DNA of 63,911 bases, filler included, from Licmophora abbreviata (GCA_900291995.1; 19 parts of 19 records of this genome joined end to end with filler, not necessarily neighbours in it), one strand, 5' to 3'; shown: positions 28,640-39,940, counted from the first letter of the whole stretch. Translations and numbers: made by a program. The notes: a model not told the origin generated them from the letters alone.

Positions 28640-31600
28640 GTGAGCGAATTCAAGAAAATCCTTATCGCGAACCGCGGCGAAATCGCCATCCGCATCATGC
28701 GCGCCGCCAACGAGCTTGGAAAGCGCACCGTCGCCGTCTTCGCCGAAGAGGACAAGCTGGGCCTGCACCGTTTCAAGGCAGATGAAGCTTACCGCATCGG
28801 CGAAGGTCTCGGCCCGGTCGCGGCCTATCTCTCGATCGACGAGATCATCCGCGTCGCCCTCGAATCCGGCGCCGACGCGATCCATCCCGGCTATGGCCTT
28901 CTGTCGGAAAACCCCGATTTCGTGGATGCCTGCGTCAAGAACGGCATCACCTTCATCGGCCCCAAGGCCGACACCATGCGCGCACTCGGCGACAAGGCCA
29001 GCGCCCGGCGCGTCGCCATCGAGGCCGGCGTACCCGTCATCCCCGCCACCGAAGTGCTGGGCGAGGACATGGACGCCATCCGCCGCGAGGCCGCCGAAAT
29101 CGGCTACCCCCTCATGCTCAAGGCGTCCTGGGGCGGCGGCGGGCGTGGCATGCGCCCGATCAACGGCCCCGACGAGCTGGCCGAGAAGGTGCTCGAAGGC
29201 CGCCGCGAGGCCGAAGCCGCCTTCGGCAACGGCGAGGGCTATCTCGAAAGGATGATCCTGCGCGCCCGCCACGTCGAGGTGCAGATCCTCGGCGACAAGC
29301 ATGGCCAGATGTATCACCTCTTCGAGCGGGACTGCTCGGTGCAGCGCCGCAACCAGAAGGTCGTCGAACGCGCGCCCGCCCCCTATCTCACCGACCAGCA
29401 ACGCGCGGAGATCTGCGAGCTGGGCTACAAGATCTGCAAGCACGTCAATTACGAATGCGCCGGCACGGTCGAGTTCCTGATGGATATGGACACCAGCCAG
29501 TTCTACTTCATCGAAGTGAACCCCCGCGTGCAGGTCGAACACACCGTCACCGAAGAAGTGACCGGCATCGACATCGTTCAGGCCCAGATCCGCATCGCCG
29601 AAGGCAAGACCATCCAGGAAGCCACCGGCAAGCCCGATCAGGACAGCATCACGCTCAACGGGCACGCCCTGCAGACCCGGATCACCACCGAAGACCCGCA
29701 AAACAACTTCATCCCCGATTATGGCCGCCTGACCGCTTACCGCGCGGCCACCGGCATGGGCATCCGCCTCGATGGCGGCACCGCCTATGCGGGCGGGGTC
29801 ATCACCCGCTTTTACGACTCGCTTCTGGTCAAGGTCACCGCCCATGCCCAGACGCCTCAGGCCGCGATCGCCCGGATGGACCGTGCCCTGCGCGAATTCC
29901 GCATTCGCGGCGTCTCCACCAACATCGCCTTCGTCGAGAACCTGCTCAAGCACCCAACCTTCCTGAACAACGAATACACCACCAAGTTCATCGACGAGAC
30001 GCCCGATCTTTTTAAATTCTCCAAGCGCCGCGACCGCGGCACCAAGGTGCTGACCTACATCGCCGACATCACCGTCAACGGCCACCCCGAGACCACAGAC
30101 CGCCCCGAACCCTCGGCCGACATCAAGGCGCCGCGCCCGCCGCGCCTGATCGGCACGCCGCCCCCCGGCACCCGCACCCTGCTCGAGGACAAAGGCCCCA
30201 AGGCCGTCGCGGACTGGATGCTGGCGCAAAAGCAGCTTCTCTTGACCGACACCACCATGCGCGACGGGCACCAGTCGCTTCTGGCGACGCGCATGCGCTC
30301 GATCGACATGATCAAAGTGGCCCCGACCTATGCCGCCAATCTCCCGCAGCTCTTTTCGGTCGAATGCTGGGGCGGCGCCACCTTCGACGTGGCCTACCGC
30401 TTCCTGCAGGAATGCCCGTGGCAGCGCCTGCGCGAGTTGCGCGCCGCCATGCCCAACCTGCTGACCCAGATGCTGCTGCGCGCCTCCAACGGGGTGGGCT
30501 ACACCAACTATCCCGACAATGTGGTGCAGGAATTCGTGCGTCAGGCGGCGGAAACCGGGATCGACGTGTTCCGCGTCTTCGACAGCCTCAACTGGGTCGA
30601 AAACATGCGCGTCGCGATGGATGCGGTGATCGACAGCGGCAAGATCTGCGAAGGCACGATCTGCTATACCGGCGATATCCTCGATCCGGACCGCGCCAAA
30701 TACGACCTGAAATACTATGTCTCCATGGCCAAGGAGCTGCAGGCCGCAGGCGCCCATGTGCTGGGCCTCAAGGACATGGCGGGCTTGCTGAAACCCGCCG
30801 CTGCGCGCGTGCTGGTCCGCGCCCTCAAGGACGAGCTGGACATCCCGGTGCATTTCCACACCCACGACACCAGCGGCATCGCGGGCGGCACGATCCTTGC
30901 CGCCGCCGATGCGGGCGTCGATGCGGTGGATGCGGCGATGGACGCCTTCTCGGGCGGCACCTCGCAGCCCTGTCTGGGCTCGATCGTCGAGGCGCTGATG
31001 CATACCGACCGCGACACCGGCATCGACATCGAACGCATCCGCGAAATCTCGAACTACTGGGAGCATGTCCGCGCCCAGTATGTGGCCTTCGAAGCCGGTC
31101 TTCAGGTGCCCGCCTCCGAGGTTTATCTGCACGAAATGCCCGGTGGCCAGTTCACCAATCTTAAGGCGCAGGCCCGCTCCATGGGGCTCGAGGACAAGTG
31201 GCCCGAAGTGGCCCGCACCTATGCCGACGTGAACCAGATGTTCGGCGATATCGTCAAGGTCACGCCCTCGTCCAAGGTGGTGGGCGACATGGCTCTGATG
31301 ATGGTCAGTCAGGGCCTCAGCCGCGCGGATGTCGAAGATCCGGATCGCGACGTGGCCTTCCCGGATTCGGTCATCGACATGATGCGCGGCAATCTGGGCC
31401 AGCCCCCCGGCGGCTTTCCTCCCGCGATCCTTCTGAAGGTGCTCAAGGACGAAAAGCCCAACACCGAACGCCCCGGCGCGCATCTCGATCCCGTCGATCT
31501 GGACGCTGCCCGCAAGGAACTCGTCGATCTGCTCGAAGGCAAGCAGGTGGATAACGAGGATCTCAACGGTTATCTCATGTATCCGAAGGTCTTTCTGGAT

Positions 31601-32080
31601 TACATGGGCCGCCACCGCATCTATGGCCCGGTGCGCACCCTGCCGACCCGGACCTTCTTCTACGGGATGCAGCCCGGCGAAGAGATCTCGGCCGAAATCG
31701 ACCCCGGCAAGATCCTCGAGATCCGACTGCAGACCGTCGGCGAAACCGGCGAGGATGGCGAGGTCAAGGTGTTCTTCGAACTCAACGGCCAGCCGCGTGT
31801 GATCCGCGTGCCCGACCGCAAGGCCAAGGCCTCGACCGCCGCGCGCCCCAAGGCCGAACTGGGCAACGCCAACCATGTCGGCGCGCCGATGCCCGGCGTC
31901 GTGGCCAGCGTCACCGCCAGCGTCGGCCAAAAAGTCAAGAAAGGCGACATGCTGCTGACCATCGAAGCGATGAAGATGGAAACCGGCATTCACGCCGAAC
32001 ATGACGCCACCGTGAAGGCCGTGCATGTGCAGCCGGGCGGCCAGATCGACGCCAAGGATCTGTTGATCGAGCTGGAATAA
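28640..32080 (+). CDS. pyc: Pyruvate carboxylase
   Basis: KILIANRGEIAIR biotin carboxylase, RDGHQSLLATR carboxyltransferase, EAMKME biotin site; GTG start. Confidence 0.98.
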   Translation: MSEFKKILIANRGEIAIRIMRAANELGKRTVAVFAEEDKLGLHRFKADEAYRIGEGLGPVAAYLSIDEIIRVALESGADAIHPGYGLLSENPDFVDACVKNGITFIGPKADTMRALGDKASARRVAIEAGVPVIPATEVLGEDMDAIRREAAEIGYPLMLKASWGGGGRGMRPINGPDELAEKVLEGRREAEAAFGNGEGYLERMILRARHVEVQILGDKHGQMYHLFERDCSVQRRNQKVVERAPAPYLTDQQRAEICELGYKICKHVNYECAGTVEFLMDMDTSQFYFIEVNPRVQVEHTVTEEVTGIDIVQAQIRIAEGKTIQEATGKPDQDSITLNGHALQTRITTEDPQNNFIPDYGRLTAYRAATGMGIRLDGGTAYAGGVITRFYDSLLVKVTAHAQTPQAAIARMDRALREFRIRGVSTNIAFVENLLKHPTFLNNEYTTKFIDETPDLFKFSKRRDRGTKVLTYIADITVNGHPETTDRPEPSADIKAPRPPRLIGTPPPGTRTLLEDKGPKAVADWMLAQKQLLLTDTTMRDGHQSLLATRMRSIDMIKVAPTYAANLPQLFSVECWGGATFDVAYRFLQECPWQRLRELRAAMPNLLTQMLLRASNGVGYTNYPDNVVQEFVRQAAETGIDVFRVFDSLNWVENMRVAMDAVIDSGKICEGTICYTGDILDPDRAKYDLKYYVSMAKELQAAGAHVLGLKDMAGLLKPAAARVLVRALKDELDIPVHFHTHDTSGIAGGTILAAADAGVDAVDAAMDAFSGGTSQPCLGSIVEALMHTDRDTGIDIERIREISNYWEHVRAQYVAFEAGLQVPASEVYLHEMPGGQFTNLKAQARSMGLEDKWPEVARTYADVNQMFGDIVKVTPSSKVVGDMALMMVSQGLSRADVEDPDRDVAFPDSVIDMMRGNLGQPPGGFPPAILLKVLKDEKPNTERPGAHLDPVDLDAARKELVDLLEGKQVDNEDLNGYLMYPKVFLDYMGRHRIYGPVRTLPTRTFFYGMQPGEEISAEIDPGKILEIRLQTVGETGEDGEVKVFFELNGQPRVIRVPDRKAKASTAARPKAELGNANHVGAPMPGVVASVTASVGQKVKKGDMLLTIEAMKMETGIHAEHDATVKAVHVQPGGQIDAKDLLIELE

Positions 32081-32253
32081 GGCCACGCCACACGGCGAAA
32101 AGGGTATCAGTTTGCACAAAGTGCTNNNNNNNNNNNNNNNNNNNNNNNNNNNNNNNNNNNNNNNNNNNNTTAATTAATTAANNNNNNNNNNNNNNNNNNN
32201 NNNNNNNNNNNNNNNNNNNNNNNNNCACGCCACACGGCGAAAAGGGTATCAGT

Positions 32254-33060
32254 TTGCACAAAGTGCTCGTGTTTACAGATCTGCACATCCTGCCCGAGGG
32301 GGAAACCCTCATCGGGCTGGATCCCGCTGCGCGTTTTGCCCAAGTGCTTGCCCATGCGCTGGACAACCACCCCGACGCCGCGCGGATCGTCATCACCGGC
32401 GATCTGACCCATAACGGCGCCCCCGCCGAATATGCCCGCCTGCGCACGCTTCTGTCGCGCTGCCCGATCCCGGTCAGCCTCATGCTCGGCAATCACGACC
32501 GACGCGCCGCCTTTTCGGCGGCCTTCCCCTCGATGCCCCGAACATCCTCGGGCCATTACCAGCAGATGCACGACCTCAAGGGCCATCGCCTGATCCTTCT
32601 GGACACCCTGGACGAGGACGCCCCCGACCGCCACAGCGGCTGGCTCAGCCCCGGTCGCATGCGCTGGCTGGACAACGCGCTTCTGGGGGCGGGCGACCGT
32701 CTGATCACCGTGTTCACCCATCATCCGCCCATCGATTGCGGCTTTCCAGCCATGGACCGGATCGGCCTGCGCAACCGCGACGCGCTGACCGACAGGCTCC
32801 GCGCGCATGGCCGTACCGCCCATATCATCAGCGGCCATATCCACCGTTCGATCAGCGGCAACGCCGGCGGCCTGCCGGTGACGATCTTCAAAAGCCCCTG
32901 CCATCAGGCGCCGATGATGCTGACGGGCGACGATGTCCACCTGTCCATCGATGAACCGGGCGCCTATGGCATCTTGCTGCTCACGCCCTCGGGCGTGATC
33001 GTCCACAGTCAGGATGTGGGCCTCCCCGCGACGCGCCCCCAAAGCTACGCCCCCCGCTAG
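32254..33060 (+). CDS. Metallophosphoesterase (CpdA/Icc-like phosphodiesterase)
   Basis: TDLH, TGDL, GNHD, HHPP and SGHIH motifs. Confidence 0.9.
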   Translation: MHKVLVFTDLHILPEGETLIGLDPAARFAQVLAHALDNHPDAARIVITGDLTHNGAPAEYARLRTLLSRCPIPVSLMLGNHDRRAAFSAAFPSMPRTSSGHYQQMHDLKGHRLILLDTLDEDAPDRHSGWLSPGRMRWLDNALLGAGDRLITVFTHHPPIDCGFPAMDRIGLRNRDALTDRLRAHGRTAHIISGHIHRSISGNAGGLPVTIFKSPCHQAPMMLTGDDVHLSIDEPGAYGILLLTPSGVIVHSQDVGLPATRPQSYAPR

Positions 33061-33159
33061 GCCCCCTCGGGCGGGTGCCTCACCCGGGCTGTCAAATCCG
33101 AAAAAAGTGGTATGCTCGAGTCTGGCGGCCCGTTTGCCGTCCAAGGGAGGACAAGAAAG

Positions 33160-33453
33160 ATGTGCAGAATCTTCGCGGGGCAAGACCCCGAACGCTACGA
33201 ACTTGAAACCCGCCGGATGCGTCTGAACGGCCAGAGCACCAGCATCCGGCTTGAAAAATCCTTCTGGGCCATTCTCGATGAAATCGCCGAGGGCGAAGGG
33301 CTGTCGACACCCGCTTTCGTCTCCAAGCTGCATGGCGAAGTGCTGGAACTCAAGGGCGAGCCGAAGAATTTCACCGCCCTTCTGCGCTGCACCTGCCTTG
33401 TACACCGCGAACGCGATCTGCCCGCGCCGGGCGCCCGGATCGCCGCCGAATAA
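33160..33453 (+). CDS. Ribbon-helix-helix (RHH_4-type) regulator
   Basis: MCRIF...RRMRLNGQSTSIRLEKSFWAILDEIA...NFTALLRCTCL; GGGAGG RBS. Confidence 0.85.
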   Translation: MCRIFAGQDPERYELETRRMRLNGQSTSIRLEKSFWAILDEIAEGEGLSTPAFVSKLHGEVLELKGEPKNFTALLRCTCLVHRERDLPAPGARIAAE

Positions 33454-33466
33454 CCATTCTCGCGGT

Positions 33467-33484
33467 GTAGTAACCGCTTACTAC
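33467..33484. promoter_or_regulatory. Palindromic operator candidate GTAGTAA-N4-TTACTAC
   Basis: Perfect 7-bp inverted repeat between the RHH and VOC genes; no U-tract. Confidence 0.6.
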
Positions 33485-33542
33485 CCGCGCCATCCCCCAC
33501 TTTGGCAAACTTTCCGGGCCAATTAACGATCCGGAGGATTTC

Positions 33543-33938
33543 ATGGCCAAAGCCATCCACAGCATGATCCGCGTTCTCGACGAGGCGCGATCGGTTGATT
33601 TTTACCGCCGCGCCTTTGGGCTCGAAATCGCCGACAGGCTCGATTTCAGCGACTTTACCCTAGTTTACCTCAGCAATGACGAGACCCCGTTCGAGGTCGA
33701 GCTGACTGTGAACAAGGGCCGCACCGAGCCTTATGACCTTGGCGATGGCTATGGCCATCTGGCCGTGCTCGTCGAGGATCTCGAGGCCGAGCACGCCCGT
33801 TTCGAGGCCGAAGGCCTCGCCCCCCGCAAGATCGTCGAATTCGCCCCCGATGGGGAGTTGGTGGGCAAATTCTTCTTCGTCGCGGACCCTGACGGATACC
33901 AGATCGAAGTGCTTCAGCGCGGCGGTCGCTTCAAATAA
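33543..33938 (+). CDS. VOC family protein (lactoylglutathione lyase/glyoxalase I-like)
   Basis: HSMIRV, EVELTVN, YDLGDGYGHLAV, FFVADPDGYQIEV. Confidence 0.9.
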   Translation: MAKAIHSMIRVLDEARSVDFYRRAFGLEIADRLDFSDFTLVYLSNDETPFEVELTVNKGRTEPYDLGDGYGHLAVLVEDLEAEHARFEAEGLAPRKIVEFAPDGELVGKFFFVADPDGYQIEVLQRGGRFK

Positions 33939-33972
33939 CCGCCGATCCAGAGCTCTAGGGAGGAGACAAGAC

Positions 33973-34348
33973 ATGACACCAAACAGCCAGCAATCGCGCC
34001 AGCCACAGGGCCAGCTGACCGGCCCCAAACGCGGCCCCAAACACGGCCTGACGCGACGCCAGCTTCTGTCGCGCGGCATGGCCGCCGGCGCCACTTTCGT
34101 CGTCGGCGCGGGCTTCGTTGCCAGCACCGATGCCGCTTGGGCGATGGAAACCGCGAACCTGCAACCAAAGACCATGGCCACGCTCATCCAGATGGCGCGC
34201 GACATCTACCCGCATGACCATGTGGGCGACGCCTATTACGCCCGCGCGGTCAAAGGCTACGACACCCCCGAAGGCGCCCCCGACATCGAGGCCGGCATCG
34301 CCGCACTCGATGCCGCGGCCCAAGGCAAGGGCTTTGCCGATTACCTTT
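33973..34348 (+). CDS. Tat-exported protein (gluconate 2-dehydrogenase subunit 3-like), truncated by spacer
   Basis: TRRQLL twin-arginine signal, AWA cleavage site, MARDIYPHD; precedes the GMC gene. Confidence 0.7.
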
Positions 34349-34448
34349 NNNNNNNNNNNNNNNNNNNNNNNNNNNNNNNNNNNNNNNNNNNNTTAATTAA
34401 TTAANNNNNNNNNNNNNNNNNNNNNNNNNNNNNNNNNNNNNNNNNNNN

Positions 34449-35799
34449 CGTCGCGCGCGATTTCTCGGGCCTGCCCGCCTGGATCGTCAAGGCTGTGGGC
34501 GGCACGACAACCCATTGGGCCGGCGCCTCGCTGCGCTTTCAGGACCATGAATGGAAGGCCAAGACGACCTATGGCGACGTGCAGGGCGCCAACCTGCTCG
34601 ACTGGCCGATCGACGGCGCGGAAATGGCGCCGTGGTATGATCTGGCCGAAAAGAAACTGGGCGTGACCCTCACCAACGGCATCGCGGGCCTGCCCGGCAA
34701 CAACAACTACAAGGTGTTCGAGGCCGGCGCCAAGGCGCTTGGCTACACCGAAGTCAGCACCGGACGCATGGCGATCAACTCGTCCGACTATGACGGGCGG
34801 CTGGCCTGTCAGCAGACCGGTTTCTGCTTTCAGGGCTGCAAATGGGGCGCCAAATGGTCCTCGGCCTATACCGACATCCCGCGCGGCGAAGCGACAGGCA
34901 ATCTCGAAGTGCGCGAGAAAGCCCATGTGCTGCGCATCGAACACGGAGCCGACGGCAAGGTCAACGGCGTGGTCTATGCCGATGCCGACGGGGTCGAGCA
35001 CAAGCAGATGGCCCGCGCCGTCTGTGTGGCGGGCAACTCGTTCGAAAGCCCCCGGATGCTTCTGAACTCGGCCACGTCGATGTATCCCGACGGGCTGGCC
35101 AACAGCTCGGGTCAGGTGGGGCGCAACTACATGCGCCACATGACAGGCTCGGTCTATGCCACCTTCGACAAGCCCGTCCGCATGTGGCGCGGCACCACCA
35201 TGGCCGGCATCATTCAGGACGAGGCGCGCCACGATCCGTCGCGCGGCTTCGTCGGCGGATACGAGCTGGAAACCCTCGCCCTCGGCCTGCCCTTCATGGC
35301 CGCCTTCCTTGATCCCGGAAGCTGGGGGCGCGAGTTCACCACAGCACTCGATTCCTATGAAAACATGGCCGGCATGTGGATCGTGGGCGAGGACATGCCG
35401 CAGGAAACCAACCGCGTCACCCTCAATCACGACGTCAAGGACCAGTTCGGCCTACCCGTGGCCAACGTGCATTTCGACGATCACCCCAACGACATCGCGA
35501 TGCGCAACCACGCCTACAAGCAGGGCATCGCCGTCTACGAGGCCGTCGGCGCCACGCGCACCTTCCCGACACCGCCCTACCCCTCGACGCATAACCTCGG
35601 CACCAACCGGATGTCCGAGAACCCGCGCGACGGGGTGGTGAACAAATGGGGCCGCACCCACGACATCGAAAACCTCTTTGTCTCGGACGGCTCGCAATTC
35701 ACCACCGGGGCGGCGGAAAACCCGACGCTCACCATCGTCGCGCTGGCCATCCGGCAGGCCGACCACATCGCAGGTGAGCTCTCGCGCGGCAATCTGTGA
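34449..35799 (+). CDS. GMC-family flavoprotein oxidoreductase (5' part in gap)
   Basis: VGGTTTHWAG, CQQTGFCFQGC, NSSGQVGRNYM, HNLGTNRM, NPTLTIVALA. Confidence 0.92.
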
Positions 35800-35820
35800 C
35801 GATCGGACCAACCGTTCAGC

Positions 35821-35854
35821 CCCCCGGCGCAACTCGCTTGCGCCGGGGGGTTTT
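35821..35854 (+). terminator. Intrinsic terminator after the GMC gene
   Basis: CCCCCGGCGCAA-ctcgc-TTGCGCCGGGGG then GTTTT. Confidence 0.8.
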
Positions 35855-35995
35855 CATGCGATCCCCCGCTTGAAAACCCGCAAGCCAGCGCCCCCGCCAT
35901 GCCCTTCGGATGATCGGGGAATTTTTTCGCCGGGATCAGAAATTTGGGCTTGCAGCCCGCGCCAAGAGTTTATATCTCACGCCTCACCCAAGGAC

Positions 35996-36070
35996 GCGGG
36001 TGTAGCTCAGGGGTAGAGCGTTACCTTGCCAAGGTAAATGTCGTGAGTTCGAATCTCATCACCCGCTCCA
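35996..36070 (+). tRNA. tRNA-Gly (GCC)
   Basis: GCGGGTG acceptor stem, anticodon loop TTGCCAA, TTCGA T-loop, encoded CCA. Confidence 0.97.
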
Positions 36071-36246
36071 ATTCTTCCACCGACCGGAACTGAAAAAATT
36101 GCCCTTCGGGGCAGGTGCGCCCTTGCGCCCGGTCCCGGCCTGTCCTTCCCCCGACACAGCGCATGCGCCATCCGCCCACGCCCCCTTGGCGCGGCCATCC
36201 CCGCCCCCTATAAGGGCGCCGAAGACATTCTTGAGGACCAACGCCC

Positions 36247-36834
36247 ATGCGCAGTGCGACGATCACCCGCAAGACGGCCGAAACCGATATCAGCGTCGAG
36301 ATCACCCTCGACGGCACCGGCACCTATGACAACCGGACCGGCGTGGCCTTCTTCGACCACATGCTCGACCAGCTGGCGCGCCACTCGCTCATTGACATGA
36401 CCATCCGCTGCGACGGCGACACCCATATCGACGATCACCACAGCGTCGAGGATGTGGGCATAGCACTCGGTCAGGCGCTGTCGCACGCGCTCGGCGACAA
36501 GCGCGGCATCCGCCGCTATGGCGACTGCCTGCTGCCGATGGATGACGCTCTGGTGCGCGCCGCCCTCGATCTGTCGGGACGGCCCTATCTTGTCTGGAAC
36601 GTCGATCTGCCCACCCAGAAGATCGGCGCCTTCGATTGCGAACTGGTGCGCGAGTTTTTTCAGGCGTTCAGCACACATGGCGGCATCACCCTGCATGTCG
36701 ACGCGCTGCACGGCCTCAACAGCCACCACATCGCCGAGGCCGCCTTCAAGGCCGTGGCCCGCGCCTTGCGTCACGCGGTCGAAACCGACCCCCGCAAATC
36801 CGACGCCGTGCCCTCGACCAAGGGGGCACTGTAA
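36247..36834 (+). CDS. hisB: Imidazoleglycerol-phosphate dehydratase
   Basis: [37 protein letters not shown]. Confidence 0.97.
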   Translation: MRSATITRKTAETDISVEITLDGTGTYDNRTGVAFFDHMLDQLARHSLIDMTIRCDGDTHIDDHHSVEDVGIALGQALSHALGDKRGIRRYGDCLLPMDDALVRAALDLSGRPYLVWNVDLPTQKIGAFDCELVREFFQAFSTHGGITLHVDALHGLNSHHIAEAAFKAVARALRHAVETDPRKSDAVPSTKGAL

Positions 36835-36839
36835 GCGGC

Positions 36840-37478
36840 ATGACCACGGTCATCATCGACTACGAATCCGGCAACTTGCACTCCGCCCAGAAAGCGTTTC
36901 AGCGCATGGCGCTTGAAACCGGCGCGGGCGAAGTGCTGGTCACCAGCGATCCCGACACCGTGCGCCGCGCCACGCGCATCGTGCTGCCCGGCGACGGGGC
37001 GTTTCCCGCCTGCCGCGACCAGCTCTACGATCATCGCGGCCTCTTCGAGGCGATCGAAGAGGCGGTGATCGCGCAGGGCCGCCCCTTCATGGGCATCTGC
37101 ATCGGGATGCAGATGATGGCGACGCGCGGCCTTGAATACCGCGACACGTCGGGTTTCGACTGGATCGGCGGCACAGTCGAGCGGATCGCGCCCTCGGATG
37201 CCTCGCTCAAGGTGCCGCATATGGGCTGGAACGATCTGGTGATCGACCATGACCACCCGGTATTCTCCGGCATCTCGACCGGCGATCACGCCTATTTCGT
37301 GCATTCCTACCACTTCCGGGTGGCCGATCCCGCGCATCTTCTGGCGCATGTCGATTACGCCGGTCCGATCACGGCGGTCGTGGGCCGCGACAACATCGTC
37401 GGCACGCAGTTCCACCCCGAAAAAAGCCAGTCCACCGGCTTGCGGATGATCTCGAACTTCCTGACCTGGGCGCCCTGA
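36840..37478 (+). CDS. hisH: Imidazole glycerol phosphate synthase glutaminase subunit
   Basis: IIDYESGNL, GICIGMQ, VPHMGWN, YFVHSY, QFHPEKS. Confidence 0.97.
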   Translation: MTTVIIDYESGNLHSAQKAFQRMALETGAGEVLVTSDPDTVRRATRIVLPGDGAFPACRDQLYDHRGLFEAIEEAVIAQGRPFMGICIGMQMMATRGLEYRDTSGFDWIGGTVERIAPSDASLKVPHMGWNDLVIDHDHPVFSGISTGDHAYFVHSYHFRVADPAHLLAHVDYAGPITAVVGRDNIVGTQFHPEKSQSTGLRMISNFLTWAP

Positions 37479-37537
37479 CGCCGCGCGCCCGCCGGTCACG
37501 GCGGGCCAGCCCGGCGCCCCGGACCCTCAGAGCAAGC

Positions 37538-37924
37538 CTATTGCACCCGCCGCCATGTCTGCTTGGCGCAGATCAGCCCGCCCGCCACACAGCCACGCAG
37601 CTTCAGCGCATCACCCTCAAGATCGATCTTGCCGATATAGACCTTGTCGTTCGACGGCCGCCACACCTTGCCCTCGTAGCGCCCCTCGCCCACCGGCGTC
37701 ATGTTGCGTACGATGACCTTGCCGACCGTATCCGACGGCGTCTCCACCCCATCGCGAAAGGTCTTTGCCACCGTGCCACAAATATCCGCGCCACAAGGCT
37801 GCATGGCCACATGCGCATAGCCCTCGCCATCCACCTCGGTCTGCCACACGCCCAGAACCGGGTCCGCCATCGCAGCCCCTGCCCCGATACCCCACACCAT
37901 GGCCAACACCAGAACACGTTTCAT
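37538..37924 (-). CDS. DUF2147-domain exported protein
   Basis: Signal peptide, DPVLGVWQT, ICG, LKLRGCVAGGLICAKQTWRR. Confidence 0.85.
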   Translation of the reverse strand: MKRVLVLAMVWGIGAGAAMADPVLGVWQTEVDGEGYAHVAMQPCGADICGTVAKTFRDGVETPSDTVGKVIVRNMTPVGEGRYEGKVWRPSNDKVYIGKIDLEGDALKLRGCVAGGLICAKQTWRRVQ

Positions 37925-38062
37925 CCCTGACACTCCTCCTGTTCGATGCCCCGACGCTGCCCCGCCCCCGGCCTTCAGATCAAGTCTGACGTCGGGTCGC
38001 GTTGCATTTCCCGCAGCCTCATGCAAAACGGCACCAACCGCTCGCAGCAAGGAACCCGCGCC

Positions 38063-38785
38063 ATGATCCTCTATCCCGCCATCGATCTCAAGGACGGTCA
38101 GGCCGTGCGCCTGCTCAAGGGCGAAATGGACAAGGCCACCGTGTTCAACGACGACCCCGCAGCCCAGGCCGAAGCCTTCGTGCGCGCGGGCTGCGAATGG
38201 CTGCATCTGGTGGACCTCAACGGCGCCTTCGCCGGCACGCCCGTCAACGCCGCCCCGGTCGAGGCGATCCTGCAGCGCTGCCCGGTCCCCGCCCAACTTG
38301 GCGGCGGCATTCGCGACATGGCCACCATCGAACGCTGGCTCAACAAGGGGCTGGCCCGCGTCATCCTCGGCACCGTCGCCGTCGAAAACCCGGGCCTCGT
38401 GCGCGACGCCGCCCGTGCCTTCCCCGGACAGGTCGCCGTCGGCATCGACGCCCGCGAAGGCCTTGTTGCCACCAAGGGCTGGGCCACGGAAACCGACGTG
38501 CGCGCCACCGATCTCGCACGCTCCTTCGAGGACGCAGGCGTCGCCGCGATCATCTATACCGACATCAACCGCGACGGCGCCATGCAAGGCCCCAATATCG
38601 ACGAAACCGCCGCCCTCGCCCGCGCCGTGTCGATCCCGGTGATCGCCTCGGGCGGCGTGTCCTCGCTCGACGACCTGATCGCCCTGCGCGATTGCGGCGC
38701 AGCACTCAACGGCGCCATCTCGGGCCGCGCGCTTTACGATGGCGCGCTCGATCTGGCGCAGGCGCTCGCGGCACTGCGCGACTGA
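38063..38785 (+). CDS. hisA: ProFAR isomerase
   Basis: [37 protein letters not shown]. Confidence 0.97.
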   Translation: MILYPAIDLKDGQAVRLLKGEMDKATVFNDDPAAQAEAFVRAGCEWLHLVDLNGAFAGTPVNAAPVEAILQRCPVPAQLGGGIRDMATIERWLNKGLARVILGTVAVENPGLVRDAARAFPGQVAVGIDAREGLVATKGWATETDVRATDLARSFEDAGVAAIIYTDINRDGAMQGPNIDETAALARAVSIPVIASGGVSSLDDLIALRDCGAALNGAISGRALYDGALDLAQALAALRD

Positions 38786-38867
38786 ATAGCACCCGCTGCG
38801 CTCCGCTCTGGAAACCGGCGCGCTTTGCACCTAAACATTTCCGAGAAGACGCAATCACAGGCCCGCC

Positions 38868-39632
38868 ATGCTCAAGACCCGCATCATTCCCTGCCTCGAC
38901 GTGGCCGATGGCCGCGTCGTCAAGGGCGTGAACTTCGTGAACCTGCGCGATGCGGGCGATCCGGTGGACGCCGCCCGCGCCTATGACGCCGCAGGCGCCG
39001 ACGAGCTGTGCTTTCTCGACATCCACGCGACCCATGAAAACCGTGGCGTGATGCTCGACGTGGTGCGCCGCACCGCCGAGCAGTGCTATATCCCGCTCAC
39101 CGTCGGCGGCGGCGTGCGCACGGTCGAGGATGTCCGCGCGCTCCTTCTGGCCGGCGCCGACAAGGTCAGCTTCAACTCCGCCGCCGTGGCCGACCCCGAC
39201 GTGGTGCGCCGCGCCGCCGACCAGTTTGGCAGCCAGTGCATCGTGGTGGCCATCGACGCCAAAACCGTCTCCCCCGGCACATGGGAGATTTTCACCCATG
39301 GCGGCCGCAAACCCACCGGCATCGACGCGGTCGCGTTCGCCCGCCTCGTCGAAGAGAAGGGCGCGGGTGAAATCCTGCTCACCTCGATGGACCGCGACGG
39401 CACGCGCGCAGGCTTCAACCTGCCCCTCACCCGCGCCATCGCCGATGCGGTCTCCATCCCGGTGATCGCCTCGGGCGGCGTCGGCACGCTCGATCACCTG
39501 GTCGACGGCGTGCTCGAGGGCGGCGCCTCGGCGGTGCTGGCCGCCTCGATCTTCCATTTCGGCGATTACACCATCGCGCAGGCCAAAGAGCACATGGCCG
39601 CCGCCGGCATCCCCGTAAGGACAGGCGCATGA
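38868..39632 (+). CDS. hisF: Imidazole glycerol phosphate synthase cyclase subunit
   Basis: RIIPCLDV...[28 protein letters not shown]. Confidence 0.98.
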   Translation: MLKTRIIPCLDVADGRVVKGVNFVNLRDAGDPVDAARAYDAAGADELCFLDIHATHENRGVMLDVVRRTAEQCYIPLTVGGGVRTVEDVRALLLAGADKVSFNSAAVADPDVVRRAADQFGSQCIVVAIDAKTVSPGTWEIFTHGGRKPTGIDAVAFARLVEEKGAGEILLTSMDRDGTRAGFNLPLTRAIADAVSIPVIASGGVGTLDHLVDGVLEGGASAVLAASIFHFGDYTIAQAKEHMAAAGIPVRTGA

Positions 39633-39940
39633 CCCTCGAAGAGCTCGAAACAATCGTGGCCGCCCGCGCCACCGCCTCCCCCGACGACAGCTGGACCGCG
39701 CGGCTTCTGGCCAAGGGCCCGGAAAAAGTAGCCGAGAAATTCGGCGAAGAGGCGATCGAGGCGCTCATAGAAGCCGTGCGCGGCGACCGCGCTCGCCTCA
39801 CCTCCGAGGCCGCCGACGTGCTCTTTCACCTCTTGGTCATGCTGCGCGCCCGCGACGTGCCGCTGTCCGACGTGATGGCCGAGCTTGACCGCCGCCAATC
39901 CCTCTCTGGACTTCAGGAAAAGGCCTCGCGCACCGAATGA
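39629..39940 (+). CDS. hisE: Phosphoribosyl-ATP pyrophosphatase
   Basis: [23 protein letters not shown]. Confidence 0.95.
   Translation: MTLEELETIVAARATASPDDSWTARLLAKGPEKVAEKFGEEAIEALIEAVRGDRARLTSEAADVLFHLLVMLRARDVPLSDVMAELDRRQSLSGLQEKASRTE

Noticed and set aside
28619..32119. 1166-aa antisense ORF and other long shadow ORFs (e.g. 17505-19301, 24762-26297, 10774-12516)
   Set aside because: Opposite-strand shadows of high-GC genes with no recognisable motifs
32084..32267. 42-bp duplication including the phosphoesterase start
   Set aside because: Unmerged contig overlap across a spacer
35996..36246. Island integration at tRNA-Gly
   Set aside because: No duplicated 3' end or GC shift seen; hisB follows directly
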